64,000 bases of DNA from Lama guanicoe (taxonomy: Eukaryota), in assembly GCA_013239625.1 (NCBI GenBank), contig PNXV01005434.1, positions 1 to 64,000 on the forward strand, written 5' to 3'. Shown here one piece after another: positions 13,003-25,432 of the stretch. Within the stretch, counting starts at the first letter, position 1. Every line of letters starts with the position of its first letter. A program made the position numbers and the translations under genes. The notes under the pieces are model-generated. The model saw only the letters and a list, made by a program, of their open reading frames with translations. It had not been told where the DNA came from and did not search any database.

Positions 13003-13032
<30 letters not shown>
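13003..13032. repeat. (CA)n microsatellite within a short L1 3'-tail remnant
   Basis: About 15 CA units seen directly. Confidence 0.9.
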
Positions 13033-13039
<7 letters not shown>

Positions 13040-13799
13040 TCCTTTTGCGAACTGCTTATTAATCCAGTGGCTTTAGGGAGCTAGGTATTATTCAGATCTG
13101 AAAGAAATTATTAAGAGAAGACTTTCAGTAAATGAAGTTGTTCACGAAGAAAAGTAATGCCATAAGATAAATGGATAGAAGAATGAAAAGATGAGTGGAA
13201 ATACGGCAGTCGAGTGCATCTTGATGAATCTCTAGAAGGCTTTCACTAGGGATGGGTATCTTTCTGTGCATCTGTCTTCAGTCTGGATGAGTAGATCGAA
13301 GAGCTGAAAGATTGTACAGGAATAAGAAAGCTGGGGGCGTCATCATAAGGCAGTAAATGTTCAGTAGAAAGAGAGCGGGAAGGGGAAAGGTTTATGGCTT
13401 GATGAAAAAGTGGAATGCTCAGGAAGGCAGAGTAGTCAAGGCAGCAGTCATCAGGAGAATTTTGTCTTAGGTCTTGAAGAAAGAAATGCCCACAGATTGA
13501 TAACAAGATCATAGCTTTGAATGTGAGATAGAGCACAGAGGAAACAGGTAAGGGTGTCAAGGAAGGCAATGAGACCTGTTTAACCAGCTGGATAAACTGA
13601 AAAATCTCAGACAAGTCTAGAAATGATGGTGACAAAAAGAGACAAAAATGAGTGATTTGGTGAACAGAATTGATTAATGGTGTAAAGTGAGGGGCTGGAT
13701 GGTAGATGAGAGTCTTCAAATATCAGGTCTAGGTCATGAATAAACTGGATGTTTGTCTTTACAGGATAGTGGTCCTACAGTCTGCACATTAGTCCCAGC

Positions 13800-14744
13800 A
13801 TGGGAGCTAACCCTCACAACAGCTCAGAGTTGCCAACTTTCACCCTGACAGGACTCCCAGGGCTGGAGACCTCCCAACACTGGATGTTCCTGCTCCTTGC
13901 TGCCCTCTACACTGTCTCCATTGTGGGCAATGCCCTCATCCTCTTCATTATCAAGGAGGAGCAGAGCTTGCATCAGCCTATGTACTACTTCCTGTCCCTG
14001 CTGTCAGTTAATGATCTAGGCGTGTCTTTTTCCACATTGCCCACTGTGCTAGCCACATTTTGCTTCCACTTAAGGAAGATCACTTTTGATTCCTGCATGG
14101 CGCAAATGTTCTTTATCCACCTCTTCTCCTTTATGGAGTCTGGGATCCTGCTGGTTATGAGCTTTGACCGCTATGTGGCCATCTGCAACCCGCTGCGCTA
14201 TGCCACAGTGCTCACTGATGCCCGTGTTGTACACATGGGCTTGTCTGTCATCATCCGCAGTTTCTGCATGGTTTTCCCACTGCCTTTCCTTCTGAAGAGG
14301 TTGCCCTTCTGCAGGACCAATGTACTGTCCCATGCCTACTGCCTGCATCCAGATCTGATCCGTCTTCCCTGTGGTGACATCACCATCAATAATATTTTTG
14401 GTCTCTTCATTGTCATCTCTACCTTTGGCGTGGACTCTGTACTCATTCTCCTCTCCTACGTGTTCATACTGCGTTCTGTACTTGCTGTTGCATCCTGGGA
14501 GGGACGGGTAAAGCCACTCAACACGTGTGTGTCACACACGTGTGCTGTGCTCATCTTCTATGTGCCCATGGTTGGTGTGTCCATGGCTGCTCGCTATGGG
14601 AAGCATGCCCCAACCCATGTGCACACACTCATGTCCCTTATTTATCTCTTTGTGCCTCCGATGCTCAATCCTGTTATCTATTCCATCAAAACCAAAGAGA
14701 TCCGTCGAAAGCTTAGCAGAATGCTAGTCGGATCCAAGTTTTAA
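13800..14744 (+). CDS. Class I olfactory receptor, family 51, intact ORF, 314 aa; close paralogue of 4676-5620
   Basis: MGANPHNSS; LHQPMYYFL, MSFDRYVAIC, HAYCLHPD, PPMLNPVIY. Shares LFIIKEEQSLHQPMYYFLSLLSVNDLGVSFSTLPT with the first OR. Confidence 0.93.
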   Translation: MGANPHNSSELPTFTLTGLPGLETSQHWMFLLLAALYTVSIVGNALILFIIKEEQSLHQPMYYFLSLLSVNDLGVSFSTLPTVLATFCFHLRKITFDSCMAQMFFIHLFSFMESGILLVMSFDRYVAICNPLRYATVLTDARVVHMGLSVIIRSFCMVFPLPFLLKRLPFCRTNVLSHAYCLHPDLIRLPCGDITINNIFGLFIVISTFGVDSVLILLSYVFILRSVLAVASWEGRVKPLNTCVSHTCAVLIFYVPMVGVSMAARYGKHAPTHVHTLMSLIYLFVPPMLNPVIYSIKTKEIRRKLSRMLVGSKF

Positions 14745-15189
14745 TCAGGAGGCATACTGAAAGGCCAAAATTCAGAGGATATTTACTGTTACTTCACAGA
14801 TTTGAGGTGTTAAGTCCTGTTTTGACAAGACTTTTAAAATTTCCTTTTGGGCACAAACCTATTAGGATTTCTGTCACCAGATATTTGATGATAGTGTGGC
14901 ACTAGTTAAGGCCCAAACCAAAGAGTTTTGGCAAGGTACACCAGGTCATAATTTACAAAATAAATAAATAAAGTCAAATTTTCCTTTTTTTAAAGCCAAA
15001 GATGTACATCCTCAAAATTTGTCCCTTCCCTCATTCTGTTATAATATGTTTCTATCATCTCTTTTTAAGGTGAATCATAACAGAGGAAGTTACTTATTAC
15101 CATGGGAAGGCTGTCATAATGGCTAAATGATTCTTTTCCCCAAGATTATGTCAAAGGTAGCTCTCTTTTAATTCTTTGTGGAATCTTCA

Positions 15190-15530
15190 TACTTCATAGA
15201 AAATGCATGATTTTACTTTTCCACTAGCAGTGTGCAAGGGTCTGAATTTCTCAATCTCCTCCCAGCCTTTGTGTATTTTTGGAAATAGCCATTTTGACAG
15301 ATGTGAGATAATACCTCATTGTGGTTTCAATATGCAATTCCCGAATGATTTAGTGACACTGAGCATTTTTTCATATACCTGTTGGCCATTTGAATGTCTT
15401 CTTTGGAGAAACTTCAATTCCTTAGCCCACAGTGAAATGAAGTCATCAGTTGTTTTTTGTTTTTGTTTTTGTTTTTTGCTGCTGTAGGAGTTTCTTCATA
15501 TTTTGGAGATTAACTCCTTATCACATACTT
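15190..15530 (-). mobile_element. Old L1 fragment (3' ORF2)
   Basis: ATAGCCATTTTGACAGATGTGAGATAATACCTCATTGTGGTTT is typical antisense L1 sequence. Confidence 0.7.
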
Positions 15531-17214
15531 ACTTAGATGTACACTTGAATGAATGGACACAAATCATGTGCCTTGGTGAAAAGATGGAACAAATATTGAA
15601 GGTATTGTTTTTTCCCAGTTCATTTTGCTTCATTCTGAATATTTAGGGAAATACAGAACAATGATTTAAAAATAAATTTAGAATTCTAGTACAGTTTAGA
15701 TTATCTGTCCTGAAAATTTCTTTAAAAAAAGAGAGAAATGGTACAGGAATAAAGCAGATCTCTCAAATGTTAAAAAAAGAAAAGAAAAAAACTGAAAAAA
15801 AACCTACACTAATTAAAAAAGGAGATGTGGCTGCAACAGCAGATTTCTGGCATAGGATAGCTTAGAAGAATGTGTAAACCACTGTAGAGGAGTATTTCAA
15901 ACAAAACGTCATATAAAAAGTGTTGGTAGCATGGTCTCAATTTTTTTCTTGGTAAAAACACTAAGATGTAATATTATTGTTAAACATGCATATACTTGCA
16001 TGGAAAACATATTTGGAAGAATTAATGGAAATTTTATTAGTAGTTGTTTCTGGTTAGGAAAGATTGGGAAGATTATTATCTATTTACCTTCATTTTCTGC
16101 TTTTCCATAAAACATGCATTATGCTTTTTAATCAAACAAAAGAGAGAGGGGGGGGCAGTCGAATGAAAATAATCAGACAGTTCAAGGAGGTGAGCCTCAC
16201 AAGGGAGAAGTCTGAGCGTTGACGCCCCTGCTGGCTCCCTACCAGGTGCTTTCTAAATGCTCCTCTCTGCTTCTCTCAGGGGATAAGTGGTTCTTGTCCC
16301 AGGAGAGCCGCTCCCTTCCAGATGTGACCACGGGCTGTGGAGGGCCCACGTCACTACCCACAGGGGCTTGATTCCAGGCCCCAAGAGACTCACCTCCCCT
16401 GGTGCATATTGGAAACACATCAAACTTTCACCCCTACATCCCGATTCAGCAGAAGCCTATGCTAGTCAGAATGTTCACTCTGTAGCATGAAAGGATAATA
16501 TGAGATCATTAGTTTAAAACAAAATGGCAGACTATGTATCCCTGGCAGGCCTGATGTCAGGACTAATCGCACTGATCTCTTCATTCAACTGGACTAACTA
16601 CACCGTCATTTAAAGCCTCTGATGCTCACTCTCCCAGCAGCGGAGTGCTACTAAGGGTAACATTTCCTCACAGCTTATTGGGAGACAGTCAAAGTGCGAA
16701 GCTTATTTTGTTTTATTTTATTTTATTATTTATTTTACTCTTAAAAATTCATTAGGTTTTATCGGCAAGCCTACGATGTAGGTAAAATTATTATTCTTGT
16801 TTTTTAGGTGAAGACACTGAGACACACAGAATAGATTAATCGTCTAGGAGCACAAAGCTAGTGAGAGGAGGAGCGGGAGGTGGATCCAGGAAGCCCCACT
16901 CCTGAGTCCAATTAGTGTGACTTTGAGTCGATGACACTGCTTTGGAGTATCTTGCAATTCTTACCTTTTATGTGCATTGCCATCTACAGCCACACATACT
17001 TAACACCAACGATACTTAGTCTGGCCTGGAGATCTGCAAGATACCAAATGAAAAGGAGGCTCATCTGGCCATTCAGTGGCTCTTTATTGAGCGTCCACGA
17101 TGTGCCAGGCCTCACGTCAGGCACAGAAGGAGTCCATGGAGAATAAAGCAGAGGAGCACGTACCCTCTGAATTCAGTGTGACCGTAGAGTATGATGGTTA
17201 AGAGAACCTAGATT

Positions 17215-17545
17215 CATGACACAAATGAACTTCTTTACAAACTGGAAATAGACTCACAGACATAGAAAACAGAGTATGATTGCCAAAGGGAAAAGGGGTA
17301 GAGGTGGAGGGATCAATTAGGAGTTTGGGATTAACATGCACAGACTACTATTTATATAGTAGGTAAACAACAAGGACCTATTGTATAGCACAGGGAACTT
17401 TATTCAATATCTTATAATAACTTAGAAAAGAATTTGAAAAAGGATAAATATATGTATGTATATGTATAACTGAATTACTTTGCTGTACACCTGAAACTGC
17501 TGCAACATTGTAAATCAAATATACTCGGTAACAATAGGAAAAAGA
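17215..17545 (+). mobile_element. L1 3' UTR fragment
   Basis: GACTCACAGACATAGAAAACA...AACAACAAGGACCTATTGTATAGCACAGGGAACT is a laurasiatherian-type L1 3' end. Confidence 0.8.
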
Positions 17546-18254
17546 GTACCTAGATTCCAACACCAGTTCTGCTACTGATACTTTTTGTGACTTTGGAAAA
17601 GTTATTTAACTTGCTGTGCCTCAGTTTCCTTATATGAAAAAAGATAGCTAATAAGAATATCTGCTTCATAAGGCTGTTCTAAGGTTTAAATGAATTAATG
17701 AAGTTGATCAACACATAAAACACTCAGTAAGTAAACATAAATGTTATTACTGGGGCAGGGAACAGCCGCAATCTGGGGAGATACGGTGCCATGGTTACTG
17801 TTGGTGATAGCCCAGAAAAGGGGCATCTAACACGGCCTTTAGAGCCATGGTTATCTCTAGCACACGTTGGTTTGAATTAATCAATGTAGAAAAGTGAATC
17901 AGATACTTTACAAAGATTCTATACAGGAATGAAAACAGTGTACAGACTGGGAACAGCTTTGTTTAAAAAAAAAATGAGGAAATGATCCAAGCGTGGGCCA
18001 TTCTGCAGGACAGTACTGTGGGGCTCATATGTATCCAGATATATTGATAAAAAAGCATAGTTTGAATAGGTGTGTGCATATTATATCTTCTTTAATATGG
18101 GATGCACCAAATACCATTGTTATCCATTTTGCAGAAACTTATGGAAAGAAGGCTGGTGGTGTTATGCTAATGATATAGTTACGGTAAAAATAGTTGTATG
18201 TTTACCATTTGCTAAATGTTGTGCTGGGTGCTTTAAATATATATATATTTTTAA

Positions 18255-18602
18255 ATGGCCTAGAGATTATCATATTAAGTGAAGTAAGTCAAACAGAGAA
18301 ACACAAATATCATGTGATATCACTTATATGTGGAATCTAAAAAAAGATACAAATTTTAATTGCAAACCAGGAATAAACTCACAGACATAGAAAACAAACC
18401 ATGTTACCAAAGGGGAAAGGGGAAGAAGGGATAAAAATTAGGATTTGGGATTAATAGACATACATTACTGTATATAAAATAGATAAACAACAAGGACCTA
18501 CTTATAACCCAGGGAAGTATATTCAATTTCTTATAATACACTGTAATGGAAAAGAATCTGAAAAAATATATGTATGTATATGTATAACTGAGTCACTTTG
18601 CT
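18255..18602 (+). mobile_element. L1 3' UTR fragment, cut short at its 3' end by a rearrangement junction
   Basis: TAAGTGAAGTAAGTCAAACAGAGAAA...ATAACTGAGTCACTTTGCT, then an abrupt switch. The copy near 17470 continues GTACACCTGAAAC. Confidence 0.8.
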
Positions 18603-19133
18603 TTAATCTCCTCTTCCAAATGGTGACTGTGCTTGTGTGCATGCATGTATGTGTAGCATATATGTTTATAATTATGATTTTTCACCCAGATTGGAATCTT
18701 GGTTTCTCTAATAACTTTTCCATCTCAGCGAGTGTCATAAACTCCCTGAATCTCAGATATTTCATTTGTAAAAAGAAGACAAAAATATAGGTGATAAGGA
18801 TTCTATGGATATTAAATAACACTTTGATGTTCCTCTGTATTAATTTAAAGACAATTGAAAGAATGAAACCCTGAAACAAGTGCTGTAAAGTTCAACACAT
18901 TTCTAATTTTCTCATGAGGAAGACATTGACAGTTTGACATTTAAAAAAGTTATCTGAATGTACTATACACAGTTTTGCATTTTATTTCTTTGTGACTTTA
19001 GTATATATGTTTAGTATGTATGTTTAGTCTGCCTACTGAAAAATTCAGTACTGATTTGAGACATCATAAAATGTATTCATCAGGTTTTGTCGGATAATTA
19101 ATAAATTAATCTATATCCAAAAAACCTAGCATG
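18603..19133. repeat. Inverted copy of 9270-9793
   Basis: For example TAATCTCCTCTTCCAAA at 18603 = rc TTTGGAAGAGGAGATTA (9776-9792), and AAAAAACCTAGCAT = rc of 9271-9284. Colinear throughout. Confidence 0.9.
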
Positions 19134-19452
19134 TTTAAGTCTTTAAGCCATTTTGAGTTAATTTTTGTGTATGGTGTGAGGGTGTGTTCTAACTTAATTG
19201 ATTTACATGCAGCTGTCCAGTATTCCCAACACCACAAGGCAGACACTTATAAACCTCCCAGAAGAAAACACAGGCAAAACATTTTCTGACATAAATCTTA
19301 ACAATGTTCTTTTAGAGCAGTCTAGCAGGCAATAGAAATAAAAGCAAAAATTAACAAATGGGACCTAATGAAACTTATAAGCTTTTGCACAGCAAAGCAA
19401 ACCATAAACAAAACAAAAAGACAACCTATGGACTGAGAGAAAATATTGCACA
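19131..19452. mobile_element. L1 ORF2 fragment with 5' inversion (19131-~19235 minus, ~19236-19452 plus)
   Basis: Both pieces align to adjacent parts of the L1 at 44290-44580. Confidence 0.8.
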
Positions 19453-22400
19453 AATGAACTTTATTGCTATAACAGAGGGAATCAGACATCTTCTAGAAAG
19501 AGACTTAGCTCTGACTCACAGAAGTGGCCTCAAAGAAAAAGTGCTACTTTGAGCTGTTCCCATAGCAGAAGAGGGGGTCTTAGAGCCAGTGAAGCTGGAA
19601 AGCTACTCTGTTATCCCTTCTCAGTCCAGAAAATCCTTCTTCCAGTTATTCTGGAAAACCATCCTTGTTTATATATGGATATAGCTAACTCTGTATACAG
19701 TTTAGAGCAAAAAAAGTGAAAGAAAAAAGAAATCAAGAACTAAGATTAACCCATCACCCTGGGATTCCCATGTTTACAATGGAGAGTTTCCTTTTAAAAG
19801 AAAAAAAAATTATTTTTGATTATATCCTAATCAGATGCTTCAGTATCCAGACCTGAATATTAAAAACCACACTGTTGAGTGTGTGTTCAGTAGTTTTTAG
19901 GTTTCCTTCTAAGAAACACTTCCTCATCTCAACTAAAGAACTGAGGAATCACAGAAGAAGGCATGAGGATGGGAAGAGTGAGTACCACGTAACAGGGAAT
20001 GTATTTCTCTCAGCCTTTTGTGCAGTGACCCCTTCTTTATTGATTTAACACACGTGCGTGGAGTGACTACTCCAGGTCTAGCTCTGGGTTAAGCAGAGGG
20101 GATGTGGAGGTGGGTTGGGCCTGATTCTTAATAACAAAGAACTTGTGACACTAGAAGGTGCTTTATTGCCTGCGTCTCAGCGGTTGAATACTCATGTGCA
20201 GAGTTAAGTTCTTAACAAAGAAGGGATCTCAACACATTTCTTTCTTTGTTACAGAAGGACTCACTTTCCAGCTCTTGGTTGGAAGAGGACCACTGGGACA
20301 CATGCACAGACACATAACCTATTTTTAGTGACTAGAGATTAGAGAGAAATTTGTTGAGGAGGCAGAAAATTTAAACTTTTTTTTTAACATCACGTAATTT
20401 TTTTTCATTTTTATTTTTGGTGGTGGGCATAATTAGGTTTACTTAATTACTTGTTTATTCATTTTTTAGTGGAGGTACTAGGGATTGAACCCAGGACCTT
20501 GTAAATGCTAGGCATACCCTCTACTGCTGAGTTATATCCTCCCCCTAAATCTTTTATTTTCTTAACAGAAAAAATCCATTATAAATTCTTATAGATGTAT
20601 GTATGTATATGTATGAGTTTTACTGCTACCTAATAAATATTGATCAATTTCCTAATTAAGAGACTTGTGAGAAAAAAGGCTCCCTTTTTTTTAAAAAACA
20701 TTGTTTTATTGAGTTACAGTCATTTTACAATGTTGTGTCAAATTCCAGTGCAGAGCACAATTTTTCAGTTATACATGAACATACATATATTCATTGCCAC
20801 ATTTTTTTTGCTGTGAGCTACCACAAGATCCTGTATATATTTCCCTGTGCTATACAGTATAATCTTGTTTATCTATTCTACATATGCTTGTCAGTATCTA
20901 CAAACTTTGAACTCCCAGTCTATCCCTTCCCACTCATCTCCCCCTTGGCAACCACAAGTTTGTATTCTATGTCTATGAGTCTGTTTCTGTTTCGTATTTA
21001 TTTTCTCAATTTTTTTAGATTCCACATATCTCATACAGTATTTTTCTTCCTGTTTCTGGCTTATTTCACTTAGAATGACATTCTCCAGGAACATCCAAGT
21101 TGCTGTAAATGATGTTATGTTGTTGTTTTTATGGCTGAATAGTATTCCATTATATAAATATACCACATCTTCTTTATCCAGTCATCTGTTGATGGACATT
21201 TAGGCTGTCTCCATGTCGTGGCTATTGTAAATAGTGCTGCTATGAATGTTGGGGTGCAGGTGTCATTTTGAAGTAGGGTTCCTTCTGGATATATGCCCAG
21301 GGGTGGGATTGCTGTGTCATATGGTAAGTCTATTTCTAGTCTTTTGAGGAATCTCCACACTGTTTTCCACAGTGGCTGCACCAAACTGCATTCCCACTGG
21401 CAGTGTAGGAGGGTTCCGAAAAAGGGCTCCTTTTGTCTGAGAGAAGTTGTATTTGCTCAAACTGTTAAAGTAAGTATTTAAACAGGGTACTGACATGTAA
21501 GTAAATTATAAATAATAAAGGTGTTTATAATATTTTTGTATGAACTAAATGTTAAAAGGCTTCTTTAAGGAGTATGACGAAAACATAACAGGATAGTTTT
21601 AAAAATAATGACCAATTGTCCGGTTGATACCTGAGTTGTGTCTTACAATGCTCTTTTCCCATAATAACCAAAATCTATTTTTCTATATTATTTGTAAAAA
21701 TGTTCTTGTAGTTATTGGGTTTCCAAATGTTGAGTAGTATTTCCTGTTGAATTATATACTCCATACCTAGCTGAATCATTGACATACCAATCTGCTGTCT
21801 ATAAGCCAGTTAAATCATTTTTAATATATCTGTTTAGCAGACATTTCTTTGAGTTTCAGATTTATTTTACTTGCATCTTCTACATTTAGTCAAGATTTGT
21901 ATATTAAATTCTTTATTCTTAGATTTTTGAGTTAACTTCCACAGTAGACCTTGTTTTCACAATGTCATGTCAAATATAAAAAAAAAGTCATTTGGCCTCT
22001 ATCAATTCTAAGCTGTTTAACATTTACAAAAGTATTTGTCTCAATCAAGACTATAGACTTGAGTGTTGAGACTAATAATTAATTAAACCTGACTCTAAAC
22101 CATTGTTACCTATATCTGTCTTTCGTTGTAAACATACAGATTGTCACCCAGGAAGCTTATAATATGGGATATTTGCCTTAGATACATCGCCTGGGCACAG
22201 TTCGCAAGAACACCGGCCACATTTCCACCACTAACACCCGCCATCACACTGTAGCCAGTCAAATGCAGTACAGCTCTGTGAGGAGGTATTTAAAAGGAAT
22301 GTGCAGTTAGTAAACATCCCAGGAGACTTGACATCCGTCTTCTGTCTCTCTCCAGGTAGGTTTCTCTCAGAAACCCTAGTGACAAAATTCTGTAATCACT

Positions 22401-23460
22401 GAGCCCTCCAACCTAACACCATGCTTGCCACATTGTGGGTTTCAATAAATAATGCTGAGTGAATAAATAAGTGAATGAACTACTATGTGCCTTATAAGCA
22501 AAGAAAAACAGATTGTCACCAGAATTATATTCATTTCACCCCAAAATCACTGCACTTTTTTAGGCCAAGGATTGAGTAAAGGACAGTGGCTAAATATCTC
22601 TGCTAGGAGGAATGGAAGTTGAGAAACATTTTAGGGCAAAATTTTCCTGATCAACATGACAGACAGAAAATGATGGAAGATCAAGTTTGCCCAATAAACA
22701 GCTCTGTTTTCTGCAATTCTATTAGTTGAGATCTGTTTGTCATCTAAACTTTTAATAGACTCTGCCACACACCAATGCTTTTGGTGATTGATACACGACT
22801 CCGGAAATGTATAGAAAGTTTTGGCTGGGGTTACCCTTTCCATTTGAAGATGTTGGAAGCTTATGCAGATTTCAATGAAACAGCAAATGTTTAGGGGGTG
22901 TCATTTGACTTCTGAGCTATTCATGTTCGAAACAAACAAATTAATTAATCACTTAATGGATAATACATCTATGTTACTTATTTTCTTATAAATATTTGAT
23001 CTACAAGTTTTCAATGGGTGAGAGAAGAAAAGAAAAAGAAAATCAACACTTAACAGTATAAGTATGAAGACAAACCACATATACTTAATTGTAGTACAGG
23101 AAATCCATGAAACCAAATCTCACTTTCTGACATTCCTGTGGAGTTTCGGCTTGCTAAGCAGTCCTCCTCCTCCCCTGCAGAGGGTAATTCCCTGGCAGTG
23201 ACTCCTGACGATTTGAGGTCAGGAAGATGATAATTCACAAAGCAATTCTGACTCCACAAGCTGTTTGCTGATTCTATGAGACTTAAAAGCATTTAGAAGC
23301 ACACAGCCCACTGAGCTGTCTGGATTCCTTGTGCTTAAATGTACAATCAACTGGATCCCTTCCTATCAGAAAATGAGACGGAACAATAGAGTCCTGAGCC
23401 CACACTGCATCGGCCCATTTAGAAAATGTATCCAGTTGATACTGGAATATTGGATAGTCT
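19398..23460. repeat. Right arm of inverted segmental duplication
   Basis: Reverse-complement match to 1-4095, including the orthologous SINE at ~20378-20545. Confidence 0.95.
20685..21417 (-). mobile_element. Young 5'-truncated L1 (ORF2 C-terminus and 3' UTR)
   Basis: Minus-strand peptide [12 protein letters not shown]...MWYIYIMEYYSA; poly-T start; TSD GAAAAA(A/G)GGCTCC at 20671 and 21418; absent from the left arm. Confidence 0.9.
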
Positions 23461-24725
23461 CCTGATGAGGAAATGCCCTTCGAGATGATCCTGCCTAGGG
23501 AAACGGACTCTCCTTACCTTGGCTCCTACTTACCACCTGGTAAAACAGTGTCTGTGGGAAGAGCACTCTCATCTCACTGAATTGTTACCGCGCAGCAAAG
23601 TCGCCTTGTCCTAGCAGAGCAGATCAGGCCTGGAGACGGCTTCGATGAGCTCAGGCTGGACCTCTCTGTGGAACTGAGGAAGTGCGCAGATGGTGAGCCG
23701 TGTCCAGGGGCCCATCCATCACCCTCTTTACCACCCTCTCCTTTGTAAGGTTCTCCCACTTCCTGGGCCCACGTGGAAATTAATTCCACACATGTCCATG
23801 CAATGTGGATTTTGTTTAGTTCTATATGACATTTAGCCGTGTAAACTTTTCTATGAGACTCTGTGAGGCCCTGAGTTCAGGGATCCTATCTTCCCATAAC
23901 TCTTGTTCTAGTTCCTTCTCTGTCTTCTGTCTCCATTGACCACCTGGCACCAGCCTGGGAGGAAGACATATGCACCCACAACAAGATCAGACAAAAGAAT
24001 GACCTTTTTGTTTCTGTTTCTGTTTTTGTATTTGCACACGACTGTATCACTCAATCCACTGTTGAATACACTATTGCTTTCATTGTTTAGCTTGTAAGGA
24101 ATGACCTTTATTACTCAGAGATTTTTTTTCCACAGATTTGAAAATAGCCTCTCACCAGCCTATCTGAATCATGTTCAGTATTTCACTTTCTTGATTAGGG
24201 GCAGACCTAGTGCCCCCCCTCCCAAAAAGGAGTATAAGAGTTTATTTTTTATTTTCACTATGCCAAAATCCAGGTATTTTACCACTTTAAGAGGAAAAAA
24301 TGCTGAGTTCAAAGGAAACCTTGTTAAATAAAAAGAGGTGAAAGAGAATTTCTACATATCATTGGCCTTCTTAGGACGGAGGCTGAGGTTGTGAATCTAT
24401 TTTTAAGGCACCAGCCTCATAGGAGGAGATGAAACCTAAAAATGCTTTTTCCCTTATCCTCTGCACACAGGCAGCATTTCTAATTGATGATGGAGAACAA
24501 AGAGAAAAGAGTGGGGAGGGGGCGAGGCTCTTCAAGGAGGCTCCCACTCCCTGCTCCTTGTCCTCTCTGGTATTAAAGTTAGGCCTGTGATGAAAAGGAC
24601 ATCTTCCTCCTGCTCCCTGGGGTGGGAATCAATGAGTGTTCACCTCCTTTTCATGTATAGCAGTTTTTCCAAGCCTTGTCTCTGCATCTGCAGAATCTTT
24701 TAAAATAACTCTCAAGGCATTATGG

Positions 24726-24770
24726 ATTACTATTATTATTATTGTTATTATTATTATTATTATTACTATT
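24726..24770. repeat. (TAT)n microsatellite
   Basis: Seen directly. Confidence 0.85.
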
Positions 24771-25432
24771 TGATGTTGATATAAATAACTTCTTGTATGA
24801 ATCAGAAAAGTCATTATTTACATTGACTGAAGACCAGAGTCTGCCTCTGGACCGCTAAATATCCCAACTGTTTTGTGTTTGATATCTTGCTAAGTTATGT
24901 TATTCAATCCTGCCCCTAAAGTAATTAATTTAGTGAACAAGGGCACTTCTGAGTCTCTTAATGTGCTTCTGGATATTTTTTAAACCTGGATTTTAAATAT
25001 ATTATCTCCATTAAGAAATAGTTCCCTTTTTCTGTTTCCTAACACTTCACCAATAAAGACTTGTACTAGAAAAAAAAAATCTAATAACTGTATGCAATGC
25101 TGCTATGAGGTCTCTAGCCCAGGTTCTGTGTGAGTAGATTAATCTCCATAGGGTGTCCTCTTTAGTGTAATACAGACATATGCTCGACTTACTCGTAAGC
25201 ACTAAAATGAGGTCAAGGGATTTTCTAATATATCCTACCTCCCTTGTATCAAGGAAAGAGTATGCAAGAAAAATCTATATAAGAGAAGCTTTAAAAAAAT
25301 ATTTTCTAGTGCATAAATCATGAAAAACTCTATTCTGCTTACTCCAGACTTTTTGGAGCTAGAAATTCTAGAACACATGCTTCTGACATCTTTCGTTACG
25401 TCATTGTGTGGCAGAGAATTAAAATCCCCAAA

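Noticed and set aside
13246..13719. 157-aa minus-strand ORF
   Set aside because: Lies in degenerate L2-like intronic sequence, has a non-ATG start and shows no protein motif.
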